A DNA stretch of 64,000 nucleotides from Octopus vulgaris (lineage: Eukaryota). The notes beneath the pieces were generated by a model. It ran no database searches. It was not told the DNA's origin and saw only the letters and a program-made list of their open reading frames with translations. Both the position numbers and the translations under genes were made by a program. How positions within the stretch are numbered: the first letter of the stretch is position 1; each line of letters starts with the position of its first letter. The stretch is from the NCBI GenBank assembly GCA_951406725.2, contig OX597830.1:16740001-16804000 (forward strand). The letters run 5' to 3'. Below, in pieces: positions 1-11,859 of this stretch.

Positions 1-210
1 TTTGTGTGTCTGTGCTTGTCCCCCCAACATCGCTTGACAATCGATGCTGGTGTGTTTACGCTCCCGTAACCTAGCGGTTCGGCAAAAGTGATCGATAGAA
101 TAAGTACTAGGCTTACAAAGAATAAGTCCTGGGGTCGATTTGCTCGACTAAAGGCGGTGCTCCAGCATGGCCACAGTCAAATAACTGAAACAAGCAAAAG
201 AGTAAAAGGG
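1..210 (+). mobile_element. tRNA-derived SINE family A, 3' half
   Basis: Matches the 3' half of the full copies at 20005-20388 and 29232-29654 (gcttgacaaccgatgctggtgtgtttacg...ggcggtgctccagcatggcc...aaaagagta tail). Confidence 0.85.
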
Positions 211-224
211 TATTATTAATTCTA

Positions 225-395
225 AGGCGGTGAGCTGGCAGAATTGTTAGTACGCCGGACAACATGCTTAGCGGCCTTTCGTCCGTCTTTACGTTCGGAG
301 TTCAAACTTAACTGAGGTCGACGTTGCCTTCCATGCTTTTGGGATTGACAAAATAAGTACAAGTTGACTTATCCCCCTCGCCTGAAATTTTTGTG
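225..395 (+). mobile_element. tRNA-derived SINE family B
   Basis: ggcggtgagctggcagaa head, gagttcaa B-box-like motif and gcctt(t)cat...aaaataagtac body. About 20 related copies in the window. Confidence 0.8.
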
Positions 396-550
396 TCCAC
401 CGAGCATCCATGACACACACACTCACATGTTCGCATGTACATCTAGGATCCTTTACAAAGATTCATTCTGTCACCTTTGCTCCCGTCAAGGTTTTACCTC
501 TGTACAAGGAGTTTTCCAGTTTGATGTATCACAGTTTTTGCTTAATATTC

Positions 551-600
<50 letters not shown>

Positions 601-1054
601 TGTGTGTGTGTGTGTGTGTGTGTTTATTTCTTATCATGCCGGGGCACTTGAAGAGTTTTAGCCGAACAAATCGACCCCAAGACTTTTTTTTTAAGTGAAT
701 ACTCATTCTGTCGGTCTCTTTTGCCAAACCACTATGTTACAGATTCGTAAACAAACCAACACCGGTTGTCAAGAGATAGATGGGGAACTATCTTGACACA
801 AAGACAAACACACACGCATATATCTGTAACATATGCGTGTGTGTTTGTCTTTGTGTCAAGATAGTTCCCCATCTATCTCTTGACAACCGGTGTTGGTTTG
901 TTTACGAATCTGTAACATACATACATAAATACGGATATATATATATATATATATATAACGGGAAAGTTTACGAAAATAAACAAAAGACGACGGCAGGTGG
1001 AGTACAAACAAACAAATGTATTAGTATGGCGCTCAGGAATAGAAATAGAACAAG

Positions 1055-1092
1055 TCTTTTACGTTTCGAGCCTACGCTCTTCTACAGAAAGA
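1055..1092 (-). ncRNA. Minimal type I hammerhead variant in a PLE terminal-repeat fragment
   Basis: Minus strand: UCUUU CUGUAGA A GAGC guag GCUC GAA ACGU A AAAGA. Stem I 5 bp, stem II 4 bp, palindromic stem III, A6 replaced by U. Same repeat as the 3' end of the PLE at 43982. Confidence 0.7.
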
Positions 1093-1348
1093 TACACAGA
1101 AAAAAAAACAAGGAGAATGTGACAGGCTTCCATCAATTTCCATCTACCAAATCCACTCACAAGGCTTTGGTCGGCTGAGGCTATAGAAGATACTTACCCA
1201 AGATACCACGCTGTGGGACTGAACCCGGAACCATGTGGCTAGGAAGGAAACTTTACCACACATCCACAGCTGTGCCTTTCTGTCTATCTAGTTATCTCCC
1301 CAGCCCTCACCCCCTCTCTCTCTCTTTCTCTTTCTCTCTCTGTATATA

Positions 1349-1457
1349 TTCAGTCAAGAACCGGATCATCCACGCAATTTCGGCTGATTAATCTTGAGAT
1401 TGCACCAATCTGGCCAGCCCCAAGGAAAAACTAAGTTAAGAGCATTAAATTCCTTGG
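1349..1457 (-). ncRNA. Truncated copy of permuted hammerhead family 1
   Basis: Collinear with 49600-49710. Core cut off after CUGAA. Stem I differs from the 49.6 kb copy by two compensatory pairs. Confidence 0.65.
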
Positions 1458-1535
1458 GAAAAAGCATCGAATGTATATGAAAACAAGGACGGAAAAACAG
1501 ACGATGTTACACGAATATAAATACAAAAATACAAT

Positions 1536-1536
<1 letters not shown>

Positions 1537-1625
<89 letters not shown>
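1537..1625. repeat. (AAT)n microsatellite
   Basis: Pure trinucleotide run. Confidence 0.98.
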
Positions 1626-1627
<2 letters not shown>

Positions 1628-1816
1628 TAACAGGCCATAACAACAGGCGTCTTTCGACTGGGGACGAATTGAATTCAGCTGGTGTGTGTGGAAATGAAGC
1701 CTTACGGCAGAGGAAGAATATCAATGTGGCAGTGACCACGGTCAGACGCAAAATGGCTAGCAGTCTGGCCTATCGGTCACGTAGGAAGAGAAGAGAGAGA
1801 AAAAGTGGAACAAAAG

Positions 1817-1987
<171 letters not shown>

Positions 1988-2353
1988 ATATATATATTGT
2001 ATATGCGGCATATAAGCTAAAAATTTTGTCTCAGATTTTAACCTAGGAAAAGCTGCTTCGGCTTATTTATCGGCCGCTCATGAATTGTTCTCGCGGATCT
2101 TTTAGGATGTATTTTTAAGTCAAAGAAAATTACTCGGTGGCCATCGTATATAGGAAAATCAATAATCAAGTAATTGGAGCGACGAGAATGTTACCATTCA
2201 AAAGATCGCAGATATCAGCAACACGCCTTTTAATGTTGTTAAATCAAATAAATAGAAAATCATTTTTAAAATCTGTTGTTTTCTCTATTTTGTTTCTTAA
2301 GACATTACGCATATACAAGTCAACATACATGCGAGCACACACATATACGTATG

Positions 2354-2390
<37 letters not shown>

Positions 2391-2643
2391 AAGTGGTTTC
2401 AAGGGATATATAATCCTGGCAGTTACCGTGTTAACTTTTAGGTCGGTTCTCAATGCTGACTATTCTCAGAGAATTTTGGTGTCAATTATCGATGCAGCTT
2501 CTTCAGGGTCCGTTGTTTGCTGCCGTTCGAAGATCATCTTCGAACGACAGCGAACAACTGTATAATAAAATTTGGATGTGTAGATCTCCGTTCTTCCGAA
2601 CTTTATTAATTTCAATAATATATATATATATATATATATATAA

Positions 2644-2684
2644 TCAGCCGAAATTGCGAGGATGATCCGGTTCTTGACTGAAGA
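2644..2684 (+). ncRNA. 3' half of permuted hammerhead family 1
   Basis: TCAGCC GAA ATTGC gaggat GATCCGG t TCTTGA CTGAAGA. Starts directly after a (TA)n tract and lacks the cleavage-site strand. Confidence 0.6.
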
Positions 2685-2779
2685 TTAGATGCTTCGAAAG
2701 ACCCGTCTGTGTTTTTTGTATCGTTTATTTGAATGTTTTGCGTTCTTTTCCCATTTTGTATTTATATATTCCGAAATAT

Positions 2780-2863
<84 letters not shown>

Positions 2864-3068
2864 CAGGGTTTACAAATAACACGGAAAAATAAACAAACAT
2901 TTACCAGAGTAGCAAAAATTCCCACAAGTAACAAGGATGTAACAGCCTATTTATAAAGGTAGAAACTCCAGGTTTAGGTGAAACGGTTTGTATAATATAG
3001 ATATATAATAAATAATATAGATGTATAATAAATGGAGTTAAACGCGGGTGTTATTCAAATTCTTTTAC

Positions 3069-3154
3069 TTCCGACATATGTTTCGAAGACAACATTGGTA
3101 TTATTCCAGAAGGAATAAAATGATGTAAAACAATGCAATCTTCTCATCAGGGAA
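3069..3154 (-). ncRNA. Type I hammerhead ribozyme, canonical core, extended stem II
   Basis: Minus strand: UUCC CUGAUGA GAAGAU...GUCUUC GAA ACAUAUGU C GGAA. GUC cleavage triplet and self-complementary stem III. Confidence 0.85.
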
Positions 3155-3307
3155 AGAAAAAAAACCAAACACATCAATCAGACATTTTAACCGAATGTGA
3201 TGACTACGCAGTCATTTTATTCCTTCTGGAATAATACCAATGTTGTCTTCAAAACTTATGTCGGAAGTAAAAGAATTTGAATACCCGCGCTTAACTCCAT
3301 TTATTTA

Positions 3308-3416
<109 letters not shown>

Positions 3417-3626
3417 TAATAATGAGGTGGCTAGCAAGACTTCTACCTAAACAGATATAAAATATTTAAAGAAAAGAAGGGTAAAGATTCTACTTGCTAA
3501 AAAAATTAAAGCGAAACCTGCAAAAAACCAAAACTTCTGCGATAAATACACACACGAGCAATGTAATGAATATCTTCAAAAATTGGCCTACCTTCAGGAT
3601 GGAATTTCAAGGTAGTCTGATACACA

Positions 3627-3688
3627 CCCCAATATCAATTGATTTCGTGCTGTGCATAAGAGACATACTTTGCAATCCTCAGTTGGGG
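3627..3688 (-). ncRNA. Type I hammerhead ribozyme at the apex of a long hairpin
   Basis: Minus strand: CCCCAA CUGAGGA uUGC...GCAc GAA AUCAAUUGAU A UUGGGG. Palindromic stem III. First stem II pair is a U-C mismatch. Confidence 0.75.
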
Positions 3689-3842
3689 TATGTATTAGAC
3701 TACCTTGCAATTCCATCCTGAAGGTAGACCTATTTTTGAAAATATTCATTACATCGCTCGGGTGTGTATTTATCGTAGAATTGGTGGATTTTATTAAGCT
3801 TTCGCTTTAGTTCTTTAGTAAGCGGCATATTTACCCTTCTTT

Positions 3843-3913
<71 letters not shown>

Positions 3914-4183
3914 AAATAAGAAAATGGAGAAATACATCTAAATCATCTATCAACTACCAGATAATACCCAATCACATACTTTATCAAACCACTACATAAA
4001 AATATATAACAAAACAGCGTACATGAATGAGTAATACAATACAATAAGTATAATCATTATAAGAGGATATAAATAAATAAATATAAATTTATATAAATAT
4101 ATATATACTAGCAGAATTGCCCGGCGTTGCTCGGGGCTGAATTGCTTGAAAGTACTGTTAATGATTGCACTGAATTATGATGA

Positions 4184-4705
4184 TTATTCAGGCAAATATT
4201 GATATAAGTTTACGGTGGGAGATAAGGACTTAACGATCAAACGTATGCCATTGCATTGTTTTGGGGGAACCAAATTTCTGATGAGCATTATAGGGGCACC
4301 AACTTTAAGTTTGAGAAAGTGTAGTGGTAGTCCGGGGTGCTCAAAGGAATTGAGTACCTCTATTGGATAGTTGATGACGTCCTCTGGGTCAGGAGTTGTA
4401 TCGATAGACTGATATACATAGACTTCCCCAGGAATGAGTTTTAGCATTTCATCATTAATATGGTGAACAGTTTTATTCCTCGGGGCCAGTATAGCCATTT
4501 TGCCAATCCAATCCATATTCTGATAATTAGCTTGTAGATCTGGGAACACTGCATCTCTGAGATCAAAAGGCGTCTTAACAATGGTACAAATGGAATCGAT
4601 GGCAATATTACCATTTTCATCCCCTGGTATTTTGCCTTCGCCAAGTGCAAGGAGGGTGTGAGGAAATGCTGCTGATGTGATATTACGTCGCATATGAGCA
4701 CGCAT
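4184..4705 (-). pseudogene. Helitron RepHel PIF1-type helicase fragment
   Basis: AILAPRNKTV...YPIEVLNS..PGLPLHFLKLKVGAPIMLIRNL..PKQCNGIRLIV, typical of the C-terminal part of Helitron PIF1 helicases. Truncated at both ends. Confidence 0.9.
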
Positions 4706-4951
4706 ATTGGTGTGAAGTTTGAGAGTTACTTCCCTTTATTTAAAAAAATATGCATTAAAATGGAAAAAATGATGGTAAATTATTTGTAAAATCATAGACT
4801 CATCGTAGACGCGCGCTAATACCCAGAAGGGCTCGATATGAATCACGACTATAAGATACCCGGTTTTGGTTAAACTGCATCGCAAAATGTGGGAGTAGTT
4901 AGGAATCTAAATCGGAGTAGACAGACACACAACCTTTCTTTTATATATAAA

Positions 4952-5462
4952 TATTTTCGTCCTAAAAAACTTTGTATGGATTGAATGGTTACCTCTATGG
5001 AAATATATACACGCACATTATACATACATGTGTGTATAGATGAATATATAAATACATTTAAATATCTATATACACTTTTGGGCGATCTTTCTGTTTCTTA
5101 GAGATAACTTTAGATCTTATTTTCGTCCTAAAAAACTTTGTATGGAGTGAATGGTTACCTCTATGGAAATATATACACACACGTTATACATACATGTGTG
5201 CATAGATGAATATATAAATACATTTATATATCTATATACACTTTTGGGCGATATTTGTGCTACTTGTATATACTTTAGATCTTATATTCGTCCTAAAAAA
5301 CTTTGTATGGAGTGAAAGGTTACCTCTATGGAAATATATACACACACATTATACATACATCTGTGATAGATGAATATATAAATACATTTAAATATCTATA
5401 TACACTTTTGGGCGATCTTTCTGCTACTTGGATATAGGTCTTATATTCGTCCTAAAAAACTT
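4952..5462. repeat. ~165-bp tandem repeat, about 3 copies, inside a Helitron unit
   Basis: cgtcctaaaaaacttt recurs at 4958, 5124, 5289 and 5448. Confidence 0.95.
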
Positions 5463-5501
5463 TCCTGTCACACACTCACGCACACGCACACACACACACA
5501 C

Positions 5502-5547
<46 letters not shown>

Positions 5548-7889
5548 ACACACACGTTAGCTTACAATTTTATTTATATATTTGCGTGTCTATGTGTGTA
5601 AAGAGGAAGTGGCAGAGTGAAAGAGTCACTCACTACAAAAAGTGAATTACTTTCACTTTATTCGTTGCACACTGTGTGTGTGTGTGCGTGTGCGTGTGCT
5701 GTAGCCCACACTAAGAAAAGCATTTGACTTAGACACCACAATGTGAGTTTTCTCTAAATTTTGCTTAATTGGGGTTGAAATTTTAAAAACTGGACCTGGC
5801 ACGACCCGATGCATTCTACTCTTAAAAATGCTAGGTAAATTGTAATTGAAGAAATCCTATATTGTAGATTTCTATAAGATACAAAGGGAGGCAGATAAAA
5901 TCTGCCTTTTATAATAAGACTAGCAGTATCGCCCGGCGTTGCTCGGGTTTGTAAGGGAAATAACTATATAAGCATTTTTAGAGAGTTATAGCCAAAAAAT
6001 GCATTAAAAATTGAAAAAAAATTAAGGTAAATATTTTTTAAATCGTTGACACATCGTAGATATTTTTAGAGAGTTACTTCCCTTATATAAAAGCGAAAAA
6101 AATGCATTAAAATGGAAAAATATGATGGTAAATTTTTTTTAAATCGTAGACTCATCGTAGACGCACGCTAATACCCAGAAGGGCTCGATATGAATCACGA
6201 CTATAAGATACCCGCTTTTGGTTAAACTGCACCGCAAAATGTGGGAGTAGTTAGGAATCTAAATCGTAGGAGACAGACACACAACTTCACTCTTATATAA
6301 AGATGCTTTTTTTTTTCAGTCATAGAGTTAGATTTATGAAGGTCTTCAGTAGAAAATCCTTCGAATTCTGACTCGCTGCTTGATATAATGAAATTCGTAT
6401 CCATTTTTTGTCAGAATTAAAAATTTTGAAAACACAATAGGAACAAATTTCGGAAAAAAATCTCCCATAATTCACGGAATTAAAATTACACTTCGATTTT
6501 TGTACAAAACTGTAGTTGAAGTGTTTACGAAGTATAATACGTGTTTTCACGAATGTACTAAAGAGATTTGCTCTGATATTCTCATTTAAATATGAATAGG
6601 TAAATTCGGGCGGCTTGGTAACTATATATAAGTGTCGTCTGTTTATACATAAACACTGTTTCATACTGCAATTATATATACATATATCTATATATAATAT
6701 TATATAATAAAATATATACAGAGTAAAATAAAAACCAATTTACCTTTTCTGTCCTCCGTGTGTCTTTGCAAATGTGTTGGAATGATAAGTGAGTTGTGTT
6801 TTTGCGCCTTTTTTACTAATAACAAACACACACGTGTTTGTATGTAGTTGTATGTGTATGTAGTTGTATGTAGTTGTATATGTATGTGTATGCGTGTGTG
6901 TGAGGAATGACACACACACACTCACGCACGCACACATGTACATCAATGCTTTCGGAGTGATATGTTAAAATATTGAGTTTTCTCGAATTTTGTCTTAATT
7001 GGGGGTGAAATTGAAAGAAATATATTATGGCATGAGCGAATGGAGTACTTTGAAAAATCTTAGGTAAATTCTAATTGAAGAAGTTGTGTGAGGATTAAAT
7101 GGTTATGTATTTATTTGTTTCTGTTTGCTGTGTTTTTTATTTTTTGAGTAGTGGTTTAAACACTTTCAGTTTAGTCTTCCTCAAATCAATCACTCTGTCG
7201 CTATTTACTTTCATTTTATTCGTTGCCCACTGTGTGTGTGTGTTTGCGTGTGGTGTAAACCAGACTAAGAAAAGCATTTGACACACACACCAGAATGTGA
7301 GTTTTCTGTAAATTTTGCTTAATTGGAGTTTAAATTTTAAAAACTGGACCTGGCATGACGCGATGCATTGTACTCTTAAAACTGCTAGGTAAATTGTAAT
7401 TGAAGAAATCCTATATTGTAGATTTGTATAACTCCCAAAGGGAGGCAGATAAAATCTGCCTTTTATAATAAGAGATATATATATATATATACTAGCAGTA
7501 TCGCCCGGCGTTGTTCGGATTGTAAGGGAAATAACTATATAAGCATTTTTAGAGAGTTATAGCCAAAAAATAGCAAAAAAATGCATTAAAAATTGAAAAA
7601 AAATTAAGGTAAATTTTTTTTTAAATCGTTGACACATCGTAGATATTTTTAGAGAGTTACTTCCCTTATATAAAAGCGAAAAAATGCATTAAAATGGAAA
7701 AATATGATGGTAAATTTTTTTTAAATCGTAGACTCATCGTAGACGCGCGCTAATACCCAGAAGGGCTCGATATGAATCACGACTATAAGATACCCGGTTT
7801 TGGTTACACTGCACCGCAAAATGTGGCAGTAGTTAGGAATCTAAATCGTAGGAGACAGACACACAACTTCACTCTTATATAAAGATGCT

Positions 7890-8215
7890 TTTTTTTTTCA
7901 GTCATAGAGTTAGATTTATGAAGGTCTTCAGTAGAAAATCTTTCGAATTCTGACTCACTGCTTGATATAATGAAATTCGTATCCATTTTTTGTCAGAATT
8001 ACAAATTTTGAAAACACAATAGGAACAAATTTCGGAAAAAAATCTCCCATAATTCACGGAATTAAAATTACACTTCGATTTTTGTACAAAACTGTATTTG
8101 AAGTGTTTACGAAGTATAATACGTGTTTTCACGAATGTACTAAAGAGATTTACTCTGATATTCTCATTTAAATATGAATAGGTAAATTCGGGCGGTTTGG
8201 TAACGAAAGGGTTAA
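7890..8215 (-). mobile_element. piggyBac-like left-end fragment captured in the Helitron
   Basis: Minus strand TTAA|CCCTTTCGTTACC (TTAA at 8212-8215), followed by an acidic start MDTNFIISSSESEFE(G/R)FSTEDL. A second copy lacking the tip is at about 6305-6622. Confidence 0.55.
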
Positions 8216-9197
8216 ACGGATGCATACATTTATTAATAACTATATATAAGTGTCGTCTGTTTATACATAAACACTGTTTCATACTGCAATTATATATACA
8301 TATATCTATATATAATATTATATAATAAAATATATACAGAGTAAAATAAAAACCAATTTACCTTTTCTGTATTGTTATAGCAATTCGACCGTCCGTGTGT
8401 CTTTGCAAATGTGTTGGAATGATAAGTGAGTTGTGTTTTGGCGCCTTTTTTACTAATAACAAACACACACGTGTTTGTATGTAGTTGTTTGAAATGTTTG
8501 TGTTTGCCACTCTCATATATGTATGTGTATGCGTGTGTGTGAGGAATGACACACACACACTCACGCACGCATATACATCAATGCTTTCGGAGTGAAATGT
8601 TAAAATATTGAGTTTGCTCGAATTTTGTCTTAATTGGTGGTAAAATTGAAAGAAATTTTTATGGCATCACCCACTGGAAGTACTCTGAAAAATCATGGGT
8701 ACACTCTAATTGAAGAAATTGTGTGAGGAGTAAATGGTTATGTATTTATTTGTTTCTGTTTGCTGTTTTTTTTTTAGTAGTGGTTTAAGGTACACTTCTC
8801 TCGTTTTATCGAATTAGTTTCACTTTAATCGCTGCAAACTTGCAAAGAGAAAGTCGTAGAAATGAGTGATAGCGTGAGTGAATGAGATCGCTCCCTTTTT
8901 TGTGTGTGTGTGTGTGCGAGTGCTGTAGCCCACATTAAGAGAAACATTTGACTCATACACCACAATGTGAGTTTTCTCTAAATTTTGCTTAATTGGGGTT
9001 GAAATTTTAAAAACTGGACCTGGCATGACCCGATGCATTCTACTCTTAAAAATGCTAGGTAAATTGTAATTGAAGAAATCCTATATTGTAGATTTCTATA
9101 AGTGACAAAGGGAGGCAGATATAATCTGCCTTTTATAATAAGAGATATATATATATACATACATGCGTATATATATATATATATATTTATTTATTTA

Positions 9198-9358
9198 TAG
9201 GTGCGGCTGTGTGGTAAGAACCTTGCTTCTCAATCACATGTTTCTGGGTTCAGTCCTACTGCGTGACACCTTCGGCAAGTGCCTTCTACTATAGCTTCGG
9301 ACCCACCAAAGCTTTATGAGTGGATTTGATAGACAGAAACTGAAAGAAGCTCGTCATA

Positions 9359-9436
<78 letters not shown>

Positions 9437-9655
9437 AGAGGGAGAGAAAGAGAGAAAGAGTTTGTGGTGTCCGCCTACCACCGCTTGACTGCTTGCATCC
9501 AGTAACTTAGCGCTTCGGGAAAAGAGACTGATAGAATAAGTATCAAGCTTTAAAAATAATAATAAGTAGTGGAGTCGATATATGCGACTAAAAATTCTTC
9601 AAGGCGGTACCCCAGCATGGCCACAGTTTAATAACCGAAACAAAAGATAAAAGAT
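9198..9655 (+). mobile_element. SINE family A, diverged, with internal (GA)n
   Basis: ggctgtgtggtaag head, accttcggcaagtg body, aaaagataaaagata tail. Confidence 0.8.
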
Positions 9656-9689
9656 ATATAATAAACCTCTCTCTCTCTCTCTCTGTTGC

Positions 9690-9982
9690 CCTTTTTCAAG
9701 CCTGGCCAGGCTCATGGGCCCGGTTTCCCGGTTTCTGTGGTGTATGTGTTCTCCCCTAGCTGGACAGGATGCCAGTCCATCGCAGCGTTACTGAAGAAAC
9801 AGTGAGAGAAAGTTGGGGCGAAAGAGTACAACAGGGGTCACCACTACACCCTGCCGGAGCCTCGTAGAGCTTTTATGTGTTTTCGCTCAATAAACACACA
9901 CACAACGTCCGGTCTGGGAATCGAAACCGCGATCCTCCGACCGCGAGTCCGCTTCCCTAACCACTGGGCCATTGCGCCTCCA
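9690..9982 (-). mobile_element. tRNA-derived SINE family C
   Basis: Minus strand ggaggcgcaatggcccagtggttagg (A box), ggtttcgattccc (B box), tail gaaaccgggaaaccgggccc. Relatives at about 11298-11588, 16375-16725, 25140-25455, 26637-27303, 41530-41805, 46621-46850 and 54307-54640. Confidence 0.85.
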
Positions 9983-11859
9983 GATATAATAAACCTCCGG
10001 TAATCAATCAAAATGCATTGACACTTTATTTAATAATTACTAAACAATTGTCGTCCCTTGGTACTAATGTTGTAGCATCTCGGTATGTAATGTATGAGCG
10101 CTTTCCTTTGCTTAGTTGAGATTCGAAACCGAATCTGAACAAAGCAAACGAAAGCAATCTCTGACAAGTAGTTCTGTTTATTTAAAATAAGTTCAGACTT
10201 GATAACTTAAATTTACAAAGCTCAGTTTTATTTACCAGTACATAGTACAGTCTTAAGTTTTGATCCATCCATGCCGTCCTCACCGATTCGAAGTCCAGCT
10301 TACAGTCATTGTTATTGCTGAACATTATGTCTGTCACTTGTACTAACCAAGTCATCTTCAGGACTGCACAATTCATCAATATAATAATTACCTGCAGCAC
10401 CAAGTTCACTTAGTCGAAGTTCGCGCCAATAGTTTTCGCATCATAATTTCATGAATCTATAATATTCTGCTTTAGTACATTTACACTTCACTGTAAATTC
10501 GTTCATATTCTTGAGATCGATCAGTTATACAATGCCTTCGGCTTATATGACAGTAGTATTGGTTTCAAACTTTGGTACGAGGCCAGCAATTTAGGAGGAG
10601 GGGGCTAGTCGATTACATTCGGTAATCTGGTACTTATTTTATCGACACCGAAAGGATGAAAAGTAAAGTTGATCTCGGCGGAATTTGAACTTAGAATGTA
10701 AAGACGGATAAGATGGCCGCTAAGGATTTTGTCAGGAGCTCTAACGATTCTGCCAGCTCGCCGCCTTATATGCCAGCAATATTAAAAACTAACATTTTCG
10801 GCCTAAAGATTTCACCCCGGCTTATACGCCGCATCGGTTTATATTCCACCACTTACGAAATATATACAACGTATGTACGTGTGTATGTGTGCGTGTGTGT
10901 ATATGCGCATGTGTGTGAGTGTGTGTATGTGTGTCTGTGTGTGTGCGCGGGCGTAGCCTGAGTAATTTTAAGATAAAAATATGACTAATGGAAACTGCTT
11001 ATTGTGTTTACGGCTCCTTTTAATTAATAATAGCCGGCTGATAGTATTGGTTTCTAATTGCGACACAAGACCAGCAAGATCTGGGGAGAGGGTAAGTCGA
11101 TTACACTGATTTCGGTGCTCAACTGGTATTTATTTTATCGATCCCAAAAGAATGGAAAGCAAACTCGACCTTGGCAGAATTTGAGATCAGAACATGAGGA
11201 CGGATGAAATGCCACTAAGTATTTTGCCCGTCGTGACAATGATTCTGCCAGCTTTCGGTGGCAACGTCTTGCTGAACAAACTACGATGTTTTGTTTGTTT
11301 GTTCCTTCTCGAGCCACACCTGGCTCATTTGGGCCGGTTTCCCGGTTTCCTTGGCGTATAGGTTCCCCACCTGGACGGGACGCCGGTCCATTGCAGGTGA
11401 GCAGCAAGAAGCAAGAGGAAAAACTGAGAGAAAGAGTCAACAGAAGTGCACCATTACCTTCTGCCGGAGCCGCGTGGACCTTAGGTGTTTCGCTCATAAA
11501 CACACACACATCGCCCGATCTGAGATTCGAATCCGCGATCCCTCGACCGCGAGTCCGCTGCTCTAACCACGAGGCCATGTGCTTCCACGATGTTTTGTTT
11601 ACAATAGTCAAACGTTTGTGCAGCACATAATTTCATTCCCTCCATCAGATCGACATTGCCAGCACAGGCGTACAATGTGCCTCACATCAGGCGTCGAAGG
11701 GATCACAAAGCAACATGTGATGAAGCGTTTTGCTCAAGAATACAAAACACGGCCCAGTCCGGGAATCGAAACCACAATCTTATGTGCAACACCCTGACCA
11801 CTAGGCCATACGCCTTCACATAAGTTAGCAATAATTGTTTGATAATACTTCTCGTGATT

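Larger units (their letters stand above)
4108..9145 (-). mobile_element. Tandem array of three composite non-autonomous Helitron units (4108-5919, 5920-7475, 7492-9145)
   Basis: Each unit ends (minus strand) in a CCCGAGCAACGCCGGG-type hairpin plus CTAG (4108, 5920, 7492) and starts with TC(TC)TTATTATAAAAGGCAGA (5919, 7475, 9145). Long internal blocks are shared between units. Confidence 0.85.

Noticed and set aside
2178-2212. GCGACGA GAATG ttac CATTC AAAA GATCG as a hammerhead
   Set aside because: Stem II is good, but the core is altered at C3, U4 and G12 and stems I/III are poor. At best a dead relic.
9900-9982. tRNA-like A/B boxes as tRNA genes (also 26640-26715 and 54310-54385)
   Set aside because: They continue into shared SINE bodies and do not form a full cloverleaf, so they are SINE heads.
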